A stretch of 64,000 nt of DNA from NCBI GenBank assembly GCA_963667465.2, contig CAXXDN010000002.1:192001-256000 (forward strand). Reading direction: 5' to 3'. This DNA is from Dehalococcoidia bacterium (lineage in GTDB: Bacteria > Chloroflexota > Dehalococcoidia > UBA2979). The notes below the pieces were generated by a model, which ran no database searches, had not been told where the DNA came from, and was given only the letters and a program-made list of their open reading frames with translations. This document shows, piece by piece, positions 19,173 through 28,689 of this stretch (position 1 is the first letter of the stretch; each line of letters starts with the position of its first letter). Both the position numbers and the translations under genes were made by a program.

Positions 19173-19215
19173 GATCGGTCCTCCTCGTTCCTCCGGGCAA
19201 CGTCCTCATGGGACG

Positions 19216-19247
19216 AAAAAGGACCACCGCCCTGGGGCGATGGTCCT
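19216..19247 (-). terminator. Intrinsic terminator of the T-box leader
   Basis: Minus strand AGGACCATCGCCC-CA-GGGCGGTGGTCCT followed by a U-run. It overlaps the antiterminator 3' arm CGCCCC. Confidence 0.85.
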
Positions 19248-19540
19248 CGCGGCGCCACCCAAGTTCCGCGCGCCGGCAGGCCTCGAGGCCCGCGGCTCGC
19301 GCTCATTCAAGGCACGGCCACCCGGCTGCCCCGGACGCGGGGCGTGGCGGCGATACCCTGGGCCTGGATAACGGCGCCCACACCGTCGGCGCCTACTTGC
19401 CCCACCATCGGGTCGATTGGGGACGTTCGGGCCGAGACTCCCGGGTCCATTCCGCCGCTGCTGTCGGGCGCCGGGCTTCCACCTTGCCCCGGCTCTCTGG
19501 GCCCCGCGTGGCGGCGTACTACTCCCGTTCCGCGTCGCTC
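19216..19540 (-). promoter_or_regulatory. Trp-specific T-box riboswitch
   Basis: Stem I with AGTA, AG-bulge CAGAGAGCCGG, distal loop GGTGGAAG and specifier loop GAA-TGG-A (TGG at 19449-19447). Stem II GAAC/AGTA S-turn, CCGTTA, and T-box AACTTGGGTGGCGCCGCG (19265-19248). Confidence 0.92.
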
Positions 19541-19563
19541 TCTGTACGCTGCGACCGTGATCG

Positions 19564-19593
19564 AGGCTACGGCTGGCCGCGGCGGAGTGTCAA
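19564..19593 (-). promoter_or_regulatory. Sigma70-type promoter for the T-box/trp transcript
   Basis: TTGACA-18 nt-TAGCCT, about 25 nt upstream of T-box stem I. Confidence 0.7.
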
Positions 19594-19603
19594 CGAGCCT
19601 CGG

Positions 19604-20197
19604 CTACGCCTCCACCGCGCGCCGCCCGGGGCGCGCGCGCTCGCGGGCGACCCAGTCGCGGACGCGGGCGACCGTGCCAGCGAGGTCGCCCTCGACGTTG
19701 ACGATGACGGCGTCGAAGGCGTCCTGTTGCTCCAGTTCGGCGCGGGCGCTGGCGAGGCGGCGTGCGAGTTCGGTGGGGTCCGTGCCGCGCTCGCGCAGGC
19801 GCTGCTCGATCTGCCCCAGGCTCTCGGGGGCGATGAAGAGCAGCCGCGCCTCCGCGATCGCCTCGCGGATCGCGATCGCGCCCTGTACGTCCACCTGCAG
19901 CAGCACGTCGCGCCCGCTGGCGAGGGCGGCCCGCAGCTGTGCGCGCGGCGTGCCGTAGAGGCGGCCGTGTACCTCGGCATGCTCGACCAGCTCGCCGGAG
20001 CGGATGGCGGCCTCGAACGCCTCGGCGGCGGCGAAGACGTAGTGGACCCCGTCGATCTCGCCGAGGCGCGGCGGGCGCGTCGTCATCGTGACGGGGCGGG
20101 CGAACTCGTCGCCTAGGAGCAGCGCGCTCATCAGCGCGTCCTTGCCGACGCCCGACGGCCCCGAGATCACGGCGAGGAGCGGTGGTGGAGTCGACAA
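19604..20197 (-). CDS. gmk: Guanylate kinase
   Basis: Motifs ISGPSGVGK, TTRPPRLGEIDGVHY, YGTP, DVQGA. The real gene is the C-terminal part of the 579-aa track ORF, with a probable TTG start at 20197. Confidence 0.92.
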   Translation of the reverse strand: MSTPPPLLAVISGPSGVGKDALMSALLLGDEFARPVTMTTRPPRLGEIDGVHYVFAAAEAFEAAIRSGELVEHAEVHGRLYGTPRAQLRAALASGRDVLLQVDVQGAIAIREAIAEARLLFIAPESLGQIEQRLRERGTDPTELARRLASARAELEQQDAFDAVIVNVEGDLAGTVARVRDWVARERARPGRRAVEA

Positions 20198-20208
20198 CGC
20201 CGCGCGCC

Positions 20209-21498
20209 CTACGCCGAACCGAGCCGCTCGAGGTCCGACCAGAACGCGGGGTAGGAGACGGCGACCGCGTCCGCGCCGTCGATCTCCGATTCGCCCTCGG
20301 CGATCAGCGCGCCGGCCGCGCCGAGCATCGCGAGGCGGTGGTCGCCCGCCGCCTCGACGCGCCCGCCGCGCAGCCTCGCGCCACCCCCGACAGCGAGACC
20401 GTCGGCGCGCTCCTGGACCTCGGCGCCGAGGGCGCGCAGCGCCGCCGCCGTGGTGGCGACGCGGTCGGATTCCTTGACGCGCAGCTCGGCGGCGCCGGCG
20501 ATCACCGTCTCGCCCTCGGCGACCGCGCCAGCCAGCGCGAGCAGCGGTAGCTCGTCGATCGCGCGCGGGATGACGGCGCCCTCGATGCGCACGCCGCGCA
20601 GCGCGGCGGAGCGCACGCGCAGGTCGGCGACAGGCTCGCCGCCGACGGAGCGCGACTCGAGCTCCTCGATGTCCGCGCCCATCTCGCGCAGCACGTCGAG
20701 GACGCCGGCGCGCGTGGGGTTGAGGCCTACGCCCGTGAGCAGCACGTCGGCGTCGGGGTGCAGCGTGGCGGCGACGATCCAGACCGCGGCCGTGGAGATG
20801 TCGCCGGGGACGCGCACGTCGATCGCCTGCAGATCGCCGGCGGGCGGCGTGAGCCTGACTGTTGCGTCCTCGACGGCGACGTCCGCCCCCATCGCGGCCA
20901 GCATGCGCTCGCTGTGGTCGCGCGAGCGCGAGGGTTCGGCGACGGTCGTCGCGCCCTCGGCGGCCAGCCCGGCGAGCAGGATTGCGGACTTGACCTGCGC
21001 AGAGGCGACCGGCGTCTCGATGCGCTGGCCACCGGCGATCGCGCCGCCCTCGATGATCAGCGGTGGGAGCGTCCCGCCCGCGCGGGCGGTGATGCGCGCG
21101 CCGAGCGTGCTCAGCGGCTGCACGATGCGGCCCATCGGGCGGCTGCGCAGGGAGCCGTCGCCAGTCAGCACCGAGAGAAACGGGAACCCCGCGAGCAGGC
21201 CGCTCAGCAGCCGGATCGTCGTGCCCGAGTTCCCGCAGTCGAGCACGTCGGACGCCTCGTGGAGCCCCGCCCGGCCCCGGCCACGGACCACGAGCGCGTC
21301 CTCGGCAACCTGCTCGATCTCCGCGCCCAACGCGCGCATGCACTCGAGGGTCGAACGCGTATCGGCTGCATCGAGGAACCCGTCGATGCGCGCCTCGCCC
21401 CCGGCGGCGGCGTTGAGCATCAGCGCGCGATGGGTGATGGACTTGTCGCCGGGGATGTCGACCTTGCCGCGCAGCCGCGCGGGCGCTGTGACTCGCAT
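20209..21498 (-). CDS. aroA: EPSP synthase (class II)
   Basis: Motifs PGDKSITHRA, DCGNSGTT, SAQVKSA, RDHSE, LRVKESDR, DHRLAM. Confidence 0.97.
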   Translation of the reverse strand: MRVTAPARLRGKVDIPGDKSITHRALMLNAAAGGEARIDGFLDAADTRSTLECMRALGAEIEQVAEDALVVRGRGRAGLHEASDVLDCGNSGTTIRLLSGLLAGFPFLSVLTGDGSLRSRPMGRIVQPLSTLGARITARAGGTLPPLIIEGGAIAGGQRIETPVASAQVKSAILLAGLAAEGATTVAEPSRSRDHSERMLAAMGADVAVEDATVRLTPPAGDLQAIDVRVPGDISTAAVWIVAATLHPDADVLLTGVGLNPTRAGVLDVLREMGADIEELESRSVGGEPVADLRVRSAALRGVRIEGAVIPRAIDELPLLALAGAVAEGETVIAGAAELRVKESDRVATTAAALRALGAEVQERADGLAVGGGARLRGGRVEAAGDHRLAMLGAAGALIAEGESEIDGADAVAVSYPAFWSDLERLGSA

Positions 21499-21508
21499 CG
21501 CCTGCGGG

Positions 21509-22537
21509 CTAGCGACGACCCATGAAGCGCCGGCGTCGGCGGGTCTGCGTGTCCTCGTCGCTCTCGTCGGTCATCTGGCGCAGGCGCTCGGCGAGCGCAC
21601 CGCCGAGGAACATGTCGGTCATCCCGGGAATAGGGATACCGGGGCCCTTCTGGTCGATCTCGACACGCCCGATCTGGCCGTCGTGGAAGGCGATGTGGTC
21701 GATGTTCAGCTGCGCCAGGTGGCGCAGGAACTCCTCGTCCCGATCCGGGTCGGTGATCATGTCCTCGAGGTCGTAGAGGGCGCCGCGCAGGCGCTGCAGC
21801 CAGTGGACCACCTGCTCGCGGTTGGTGACGGCGATGTCGTGCGCCATCAACTCGTCGGTGCCGGCGAGGCGGGTGGTGTCCTTGAAGCCACTGGAGGCCA
21901 GGAGCGACATCTCCGGCCACGCCTCGGAGTCTCGCACCAGGCGGAAGAGCGCGCTCGCGGCGAACATCGGCAGGTGCGAGATCGCGGCGGCGTAGGCGTC
22001 GTGCTCCGCTGCGTCCATGAACATCGGCTTCGCGCCCAGCGCCGTCGCGAGGCCGGAGATCGTCTCGACGGCGTCGCTGGAGGCCGAGCGTGAGGGCACG
22101 ACGACCCAGCGCGCGTTCTGGAACAGCGTCGCCTCGGCGGCGGCGGGCCCGAAGTCCGTCTTGCCCGCCATCGGGTGCCCGCCGACGAAGTTGACCGAGT
22201 TCGGCAGCAGCTCCTCGGCCCAGCGCAGCACCTGTGCCTTCGTCGAGCAGGTGTCGGTGACGATCGTTCCCGTGGTGAGGGCGGACGCGATCTCCTCCAT
22301 CACCTCTCGCGTTGCGAGCACCGGCGTGCTGATCACCACCAGCGCGGCGCCCTGCACGGCGTCGCGGAGGCTGCTCGCGCGACGGTCGATCGCGTCACGG
22401 CGCTCCGCCGCGCGCTCTCGCTCGCGGCTCGTGTCGAAGCCGACGATCTCGATGTCCTCCGTGCCTTCGGCTGCCTTCAGCCCGAGGCCGATCGAGGCCC
22501 CGATCAGGCCGGTACCGATGATGGCCAGCTGTGTCAT
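21509..22537 (-). CDS. tyrA: Prephenate dehydrogenase
   Basis: Motifs IIGTGLIGAS, TDTCSTK, GGHPMAG, HD..AAISHLP, GFKDTTRLA. Start trimmed to MTQLAII. Confidence 0.93.
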   Translation of the reverse strand: MTQLAIIGTGLIGASIGLGLKAAEGTEDIEIVGFDTSRERERAAERRDAIDRRASSLRDAVQGAALVVISTPVLATREVMEEIASALTTGTIVTDTCSTKAQVLRWAEELLPNSVNFVGGHPMAGKTDFGPAAAEATLFQNARWVVVPSRSASSDAVETISGLATALGAKPMFMDAAEHDAYAAAISHLPMFAASALFRLVRDSEAWPEMSLLASSGFKDTTRLAGTDELMAHDIAVTNREQVVHWLQRLRGALYDLEDMITDPDRDEEFLRHLAQLNIDHIAFHDGQIGRVEIDQKGPGIPIPGMTDMFLGGALAERLRQMTDESDEDTQTRRRRRFMGRR

Positions 22538-22637
22538 ATGCACCGTGCCCGTTCGTGCATCGGCAGCGCGGAGCGCCGCCGTTTCGGCCCGTCTCGATGG
22601 TAGCACGGGAGCCCCGGCCGGCCTCGGCGCCACCCCG

Positions 22638-23150
22638 TCAGACTACCCGGTCGGCCTCCATCAGCCGGGCCAGCTCGCGGTCGTCGCCGGGCGAGGCGTC
22701 GTGGTGGCGGCGGACCAGCTCGCAGACGCGCGGCGGGCAGCCGATCGCGACGAGCCTCCTGGCCCCTCGCGCCGGGTGATCGCGCAGGGCGGCGAGGGCG
22801 CGCGCCAGCCGTCCGCCCTCGGGGTCGGCGAGGCGCTCGTGCAGCCCCGGCGCGAACTGCAGCAGCAGCACGTGGAGGATGCGCTCGTGCGCGTGCAGCG
22901 CGCCCTTGCCCGTGTTGTGCAGCAGCGCGGCGACCAGCAGCTCGTGGGAGGGAGAGGCGTTGACGCGCAGCCAGGCCAGCACGTCGAGGGCGTGCCGCCG
23001 CTCGCGGCCCGGGAGTGTCTCGAACAGGCGCAGCTCGGCGGGGCGGAGCAGCTCGCGCACGGCGCGCTCCTCGGCGGGGGTGAGCGAGCTGCGGAGGCCT
23101 CGGAAGAAGCGCCGCGCGTGCCGTGCGAGGTCCGTAGCGGCGGCCAGCAC
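22638..23150 (-). CDS. HD-domain-like protein (HD motif reads HN)
   Basis: Motifs RRHALDV, ALLHNTGKG, HPARGA, RRHH, EAD. Confidence 0.65.
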   Translation of the reverse strand: MLAAATDLARHARRFFRGLRSSLTPAEERAVRELLRPAELRLFETLPGRERRHALDVLAWLRVNASPSHELLVAALLHNTGKGALHAHERILHVLLLQFAPGLHERLADPEGGRLARALAALRDHPARGARRLVAIGCPPRVCELVRRHHDASPGDDRELARLMEADRVV

Positions 23151-23156
23151 GCGCGA

Positions 23157-23894
23157 TCAGACCAGCCGCACCCGGGTGTCGCCGGCGAACAGTTGCAGCA
23201 GGAAGTCGCGCGGCGGCCCCATCGCCTCGAACAGCCACGCCGGGCCCCCCAGGAAGGGGAGGATGATCAGCACCATAAGGATGCCGGGACACCATGGCTC
23301 CAGCTTCGAGAACTGCGTTGCGATCGGGCGCGGCAGCAGCCCGGTCACCACGCGGAAGCCATCGAGCGGCGCGAGCGGCACGAGGTTGAAGATCGCGAGG
23401 ATCACGTTCAGCAGCACGATCGTCCCGAGGAACAGCCCGACCAGGTTCTCCGGTGACTCGGTCCAGACCTGCGCGGCAAACTCGGCCAGCGAGGGCGCAA
23501 CGAAGGGATGGAAGAATGGCACCCAGCCGAGCTTGATCGGCAGGCCGGCAATCGCGGCGACGATCAGGTTCGTCACCGGCCCGGCGACGGCGATCGTCGC
23601 CATGTTCAGCTTCACATTGCCCGAGGTGTTGAACGGGTTCACCGGCACCGGGCGGGCCCAGCCGAAGCCGGCGAGGAAGATCAACGCCGCGCCCAGCGGG
23701 TCCAGATGTCGCTTCGGGTTGAGCGAGAGCCGCCCGAACGAGCGCGGCGTGCGGTCCCCGAGCGAGTCCGCGACGTAGGCGTGAGCGACCTCGTGCAGCA
23801 CCAGGCCAACCAGCAGCGAGGCGCCGAATGCAGCGATCAGGATGACGAAGGCGAGCGGCGCATCATCAAGCACCGCCAGGTAGCGAAGTATCAC
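23157..23894 (-). CDS. Site-2 protease family (M50) membrane metalloprotease
   Basis: Motifs HEVAH, GRLSLNP..HLDPLG, GWARPVPVN, AGP, FNLVPLAPLDG. Start trimmed. Confidence 0.92.
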   Translation of the reverse strand: MILRYLAVLDDAPLAFVILIAAFGASLLVGLVLHEVAHAYVADSLGDRTPRSFGRLSLNPKRHLDPLGAALIFLAGFGWARPVPVNPFNTSGNVKLNMATIAVAGPVTNLIVAAIAGLPIKLGWVPFFHPFVAPSLAEFAAQVWTESPENLVGLFLGTIVLLNVILAIFNLVPLAPLDGFRVVTGLLPRPIATQFSKLEPWCPGILMVLIILPFLGGPAWLFEAMGPPRDFLLQLFAGDTRVRLV

Positions 23895-24071
23895 GGGCAC
23901 AGCGTAGCAGGGGTCACCGCAGAGCGCCCTCGGCGTGGCGTCGAGGCACGCCTGCCGGCGCGCGCGTTGACACGGCGTGACGGCGGTCCATATCGTGATT
24001 CGGGCCCACAGGCGACTGTGGCTCACTCCGGCGGGGGCCGAATTCCCGGGAAGCCCGAGGGCGCTTTGACC

Positions 24072-25199
24072 ATGCCCCGCCGTGTCCTGCCGCTGCTGGC
24101 GCTGCTCGCGCCGCTTGCCCTGGCCGTCGCCGTTGCGTGCGACTCCGGGGACGGCGAGCCGGCCGTGCCCCCTGCCGAGGCGCGGCTCGTCTTCGCCGAG
24201 TTCGGCCCTGGCGAGGACCGCATCTACGTGGCGCCGGCCGGCGACCTTGGTGCGCGCGAATTGCTCGCGAGCGTCCCGCACGCGCAGGGCTGGGGGCTGA
24301 CGCCGGCCACGGAGCTGGCCGGCTCGCTGATTGCCTTCGTTGCGCTCCCGCCCGAGGCCGAGCCTCGCCGCGACTCGCCCGCGGAGCTGTGGCTGCTGGA
24401 CGCCGCCAGCGGCGAACTGACGCGCCTCGCCGGCGACGCCGATCTGCTCGTGCCACCCGTCTTCGACCGCGAGGGGCGCTACCTCGTCTATCGCAGCAGC
24501 GACGGCAGCGACCGGATGCAGGCGCTGGTGCGCGTCGACCTCGCAACGCGCGAGCGACGGACCGTGCGCAAGCTGACGACGCGATTCGGGATCCTGCCCG
24601 TGGCCGTCCCGGCGGACGGAGGCGCGGTCTACGCGGAGTTCTCCAATGGCGGCACGGACCTCTACCGCGTCGGCGGCGACAGCGAGGGCGACGCCACGCT
24701 CCTGCTTCACGCCTCCGATCACATCGCGAGCGGCTGGCGGCTCTCGCCGGACGGGCGCACGCTCTCCTACCTGGCCCCGCGGATCGAGGCCGAGCGCGTC
24801 GTGCAGCGCCTCCACGTCACGCCGCTCGACGGCGCGGGCGAGCCGCGGATCGAGGCGGCAGCCGGCTTCGTTGGCGATCAGTTCTCACCCGTCTGGACGC
24901 CCACGGGCGACGGGATCACGTTCGGGCAGGAGCCCGGCTTCCTGGCGGGGGTAGCCCCGCTCACGCTTCGCCTCGAGGGCGAAGCCGAGCCGGAGGCGTT
25001 GACCGCGCCGGAGCAGGGCTTCGACACGCCGCTCGGCTGGAGCGGTGACGGTCGCTATCTGGCGACGCGCAGCTTCGACGGGCGCGACGCCTACGAGCCG
25101 GGCCGCGAGTCGCTGGTGGTGATCGCGAGCGCGGGCGGCCGGACGACCGTGCTGGCGGATTTCGAGCTGATCTTCATCGGCTGGCTGATCGATGCCTGA
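24072..25199 (+). CDS. TolB-like/PD40 beta-propeller lipoprotein
   Basis: Lipobox AVAC and repeated SPDG/WSGDG-type blades. Start trimmed to MPRRVL. Confidence 0.7.
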   Translation: MPRRVLPLLALLAPLALAVAVACDSGDGEPAVPPAEARLVFAEFGPGEDRIYVAPAGDLGARELLASVPHAQGWGLTPATELAGSLIAFVALPPEAEPRRDSPAELWLLDAASGELTRLAGDADLLVPPVFDREGRYLVYRSSDGSDRMQALVRVDLATRERRTVRKLTTRFGILPVAVPADGGAVYAEFSNGGTDLYRVGGDSEGDATLLLHASDHIASGWRLSPDGRTLSYLAPRIEAERVVQRLHVTPLDGAGEPRIEAAAGFVGDQFSPVWTPTGDGITFGQEPGFLAGVAPLTLRLEGEAEPEALTAPEQGFDTPLGWSGDGRYLATRSFDGRDAYEPGRESLVVIASAGGRTTVLADFELIFIGWLIDA

Positions 25200-26550
25200 G
25201 GTTGTGTTGCGCCGGATCGCGCGCGCAGCGCTGATCGTCTTCGCCGTCGCGCTGGCGCTCGGTCTCTGGTCCTCGCCTCGAAGCGCGCAGCCGGCGCTGG
25301 CCTGCGCCTTCCTGCGCACGCCGCAGACGTACGAGGCGGATCGCGCGCGGCAGGCCTACATGGACGTGATCGACGCCGCAGCGGTCGATTCGTTGTTCCC
25401 GGGCGATCCCTTCTTTGGCCTGCCCACGATCAAGGTGGGGACGCGCAGCAATCGCTCCGACAGCACGATCCGGCAGGTGCCGGTGGAGGTGTTGCGAGCG
25501 ATCGCCTGGGTCGAGTCCGGCATCACGATGGCCTCGCGATCGGTCGCCTACGAGTCCTCCGGGGACGCGCTGATCTCGTTCGATTGCGGTCATGGCGTGA
25601 TGCAGGTGACGACGGGCATGACCCTGCCGCTGGGCCCCGATCGCCGGCCGAGCGCGACGCAGGTGAGCGTGGCGACGCACTACGCGTACAACATCGCGAG
25701 GGGCGCGGCGATCCTCGCAGACAAGTGGAATCGCGCCCCGCAATCCCGTCCGATCGCCGGCACGAACACCAACTCGTCGCCGCAGCTGATCGAGAACTGG
25801 TACTACGCCGTCTGGTCCTACAACGGGTTCAGCGGGCCGGGCGCCATCAAGTCGAACCACCCCGCCGACCCCGTGTTCGGTGGTTGGCCGCGCGCGCGCT
25901 ATCGCTGCGACGGGACGCAGTCGCGTAACCGCTACCCCTACCAGGAACTGATCTGGGGCTGCATGGCGCGCCCGCCCACGCCGAATGGCGTCCCGCTCTG
26001 GAGTGCCGTCGATGCGACGCTCCCGAACCTTTCGCAGGTCAGCTACTTCGAGGCGCTCTCGATCGCGAACTTCCGTTTCCCCTACGCGGGCATGGACATG
26101 CCCACGCCGCAGCCGGCGCACCCGACGGATCCGCCCTCCGTGCGCGGGGCGTTCCGCTCCGAGGTGCTCGCTACGCCGCGCCTTTCGGTGAACGCTCCAC
26201 CGATCGAGATCCGCACGGAAGGCACGTTCGAGGAGACCCGCGCGACCGTGTGGATCAGGAACCCGGGCACAGGCATCCTCTCCTGGTCGGCAACGCCGTC
26301 CGACGGCTGGATCGTGGTCGATCCGCCGGCCGGAGTGGCCCTCGGAACGGACGTCGACTGCTCGGGCCGTGGCTGCAACCGGGAAGCCGAGGTCACGATC
26401 ACGGTGAATCCCACGCTGCTGCCGGAGGCGACGGCTCGGGGAACGCTGAACATCAGCACGCCCAACGGGCAGGGCAGAGACGTCGAAATCCGCATCGACG
26501 TCTCTGCGGATTTCGAGGTAGGCGCGCCCGGCACCAGCCGCGCCTACTGA
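25192..26550 (+). CDS. Secreted lytic transglycosylase-like (SLT) protein with C-terminal BACON/Ig-like domain
   Basis: Signal peptide, RAIAWVES, GHGVMQV, YNIARGA, WSYNG. C-terminal NPGTGILSWSA..W. Confidence 0.75.
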   Translation: MPEVVLRRIARAALIVFAVALALGLWSSPRSAQPALACAFLRTPQTYEADRARQAYMDVIDAAAVDSLFPGDPFFGLPTIKVGTRSNRSDSTIRQVPVEVLRAIAWVESGITMASRSVAYESSGDALISFDCGHGVMQVTTGMTLPLGPDRRPSATQVSVATHYAYNIARGAAILADKWNRAPQSRPIAGTNTNSSPQLIENWYYAVWSYNGFSGPGAIKSNHPADPVFGGWPRARYRCDGTQSRNRYPYQELIWGCMARPPTPNGVPLWSAVDATLPNLSQVSYFEALSIANFRFPYAGMDMPTPQPAHPTDPPSVRGAFRSEVLATPRLSVNAPPIEIRTEGTFEETRATVWIRNPGTGILSWSATPSDGWIVVDPPAGVALGTDVDCSGRGCNREAEVTITVNPTLLPEATARGTLNISTPNGQGRDVEIRIDVSADFEVGAPGTSRAY

Positions 26551-26572
26551 GCTTCCCCCCTACACTCGATCC

Positions 26573-27082
26573 ATGGAGACGAGGGCGATGTTCGAGTTGA
26601 TCCGTCCCTGGCTGGACGCGATCCGGCGCAATCACGCGCTGGAGCACGCCACGGTCGCGGTGCTGCTCGCGCGCCGCGGACCCACGCGCCTCGCCGGGCG
26701 CGCCAGCGCGAACGGCTTCGTGATCCTCGGCGACCTCGAGACCGACGAGGTCGCCGAGGCCGCGCACGAGGCGTTGCGACGCCTCCAGGCCGGCGAGGCG
26801 TCGCTCGCGCTCTCGCCGCTGTGCGGCACGACCATCGCCGTGGGCGCGGGCCTCTGCGCGCTGGCGGCCACGCTGGTGCTCGCCACCGGACGGCCCTGGA
26901 CCCGGTTTCCCAACGCGTTCACGGCGGCCGCGCTGGCCGCCGTCGGGGGGCAGCCGGCCGGCCGCTGGGTGCAGCGGCACGTCACCACGCTGGCCGACCA
27001 CGGGGACGTCGAGATCCTCGGCGTGCGCACGTTCTTCGGGCGCGTGCATCAGGTCCAGACGCGCGGGCCGGCGGGCGCGTAG
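26573..27082 (+). CDS. DUF6391-like membrane protein
   Basis: IRRNHALEHAT...LALSPLCGT motif, recalled from this family. Confidence 0.7.
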   Translation: METRAMFELIRPWLDAIRRNHALEHATVAVLLARRGPTRLAGRASANGFVILGDLETDEVAEAAHEALRRLQAGEASLALSPLCGTTIAVGAGLCALAATLVLATGRPWTRFPNAFTAAALAAVGGQPAGRWVQRHVTTLADHGDVEILGVRTFFGRVHQVQTRGPAGA

Positions 27083-27089
27083 GGCGCGG

Positions 27090-27776
27090 CTAGCTGCCCT
27101 CGGCGGCGGCCCGCTGCCGCTCCCAGTCCAGCACGAAGGGGTTGTGCTCCTTCTCGAAGGCCACCGAGGTCTCCTGCATGTGGCCCGGCAGCACGACCGT
27201 CTCGTCCGGCAGCACCAGCAGCTTCTCGGTGATGCTGCGCAGCTCTTCGTCGTAGCTGCCGCCGGGCATGTCGGTGCGGCCGATCGAGCCGCGGAAGAGC
27301 GTATCGCCGCTGAACAGGAACTTCGCGTCCTCGTTGAAGTAGCTGACGCTGCCGGTGGTGTGGCCGGGCGTCGTGATGACGCGGAGGCGCACCCCGTCCA
27401 CCTCCACGATGTCGGACTCCTCGACATAACCGTCAGGGTCGGGCGGGCCCTGTGCCAGGTCCAGCCCCATCCGCTGCGCCGAGGTCTTCCAGCCGTTCTG
27501 CAGCAGGTCCAGGTCGCCCTGGTGGAGCAGGAACTTCGCGCCGGTCGCCTCGTGCACGCCGTGGACGCCGAGGATGTGGTCGAGGTGCGCGTGGGAGTTG
27601 GCGATCGCCTTGATCGTCACGCCCATGTCGCGCGCGAGGGCGAGGATCTCCTCCGGCTGGTCGCCGGGGTCGATGCAGATTGCCTCGCCCGTCCGGCGGT
27701 TGCCGACGACCCAGCAGTTCTCCTGGAAGACTCCGACGACGATTCCGCGGACCATGAGCTCGTTTGCGACTTCCAT
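27090..27776 (-). CDS. MBL-fold metallo-hydrolase (glyoxalase II-like)
   Basis: Motifs SHAHLDHI, TPGHT, FSGDTLF..SIGRTD, PGH. Confidence 0.9.
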   Translation of the reverse strand: MEVANELMVRGIVVGVFQENCWVVGNRRTGEAICIDPGDQPEEILALARDMGVTIKAIANSHAHLDHILGVHGVHEATGAKFLLHQGDLDLLQNGWKTSAQRMGLDLAQGPPDPDGYVEESDIVEVDGVRLRVITTPGHTTGSVSYFNEDAKFLFSGDTLFRGSIGRTDMPGGSYDEELRSITEKLLVLPDETVVLPGHMQETSVAFEKEHNPFVLDWERQRAAAEGS

Positions 27777-27859
27777 CGTCGGTCCGTCCCCGTGCTGCGC
27801 GTCCGGCCCGGCCGGTGGCCGACTCCCGGGCGCAGCGTAGCGGGCCTCGCGCCCGCGGG

Positions 27860-28582
27860 CTACGCGAGGAGTTGCGCCGCGATGAACTCCAGGCCGATGT
27901 CTCGCACGTGCTCGGGCGTCTCGGCGTGGCCCCCGGGGTTTGCGTAGAGGCGCTTGTCCGCCGAGCCGAGCAGGTCGAAGAGCGCCAGCGTGCCCTCGCG
28001 ATCGAACAGCTCGTCGTCCCACTGCATCAGGAACAGCGTCGGGCAGGTGAGGCGGGGAGCGTCCCGCACGAGCCGGGCGAAGAGGCTGTCCTCCGTCCGG
28101 GCCGAGCTGCGCACGCCGCAGAGGCCGAGCACGGCAGCGCGGATGCGGCCGTCCGCGACAATGAAGGGCAGGCCGAACATCGTGCCCATCGAGACGCCGC
28201 CATAGCCGATGCGGTCCTCGTCGAACTCACCGAGGCCGAGCAGCGCGTCGAGCGTCGCCTGCCAGTCGCCCACCAGTTCCTCGGCGACCGTGGCGTCGTA
28301 GCGCTGCTCGCGGCCGCGGGCGGCGCGGTCGCCGTGGTAGGGGCCGTCGATGGCTGCGGCGGCGATGCCGTGGCGGCGGACGCAGGCGTGTGCGCGCTCC
28401 AGGCGGCTCTCGTCTCGCTTGTGGCCGGCGCCGCCGTGTCCCAGCAGCACCAGCGGCGCGGCGTCGCCGGCCTGCTCGGGCGTCCAGAGCACGCCCGGCA
28501 CGCGCCCCGCGGGCCGCACGATGTCGAAGCGGCGCTCGCGCACGCCCTCGGTGGTCCCGGCCTCGTTGATGCGTTCCAGCAT
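27860..28582 (-). CDS. Alpha/beta hydrolase (dienelactone hydrolase-like)
   Basis: Motifs LLGHGG, GVSMG nucleophile elbow, DDE, NPGGH. Confidence 0.85.
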   Translation of the reverse strand: MLERINEAGTTEGVRERRFDIVRPAGRVPGVLWTPEQAGDAAPLVLLGHGGAGHKRDESRLERAHACVRRHGIAAAAIDGPYHGDRAARGREQRYDATVAEELVGDWQATLDALLGLGEFDEDRIGYGGVSMGTMFGLPFIVADGRIRAAVLGLCGVRSSARTEDSLFARLVRDAPRLTCPTLFLMQWDDELFDREGTLALFDLLGSADKRLYANPGGHAETPEHVRDIGLEFIAAQLLA

Positions 28583-28689
28583 GCGGGGGTGGTAGCGCAG
28601 ACGGCACGGGGGCGCAACCGGCGGCGGGCTTTACTTACGGGTTTGGTTGGCGATAATGGTGGCCGGGGGTAGTCGGACAGGATACTCCG

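Noticed and set aside
19041-19227. N-terminal extension of TrpE as given in the ORF track (558 aa)
   Set aside because: The extension overlaps the T-box terminator and the leader peptide and shows no TrpE similarity. ATG 19041 is the better start.
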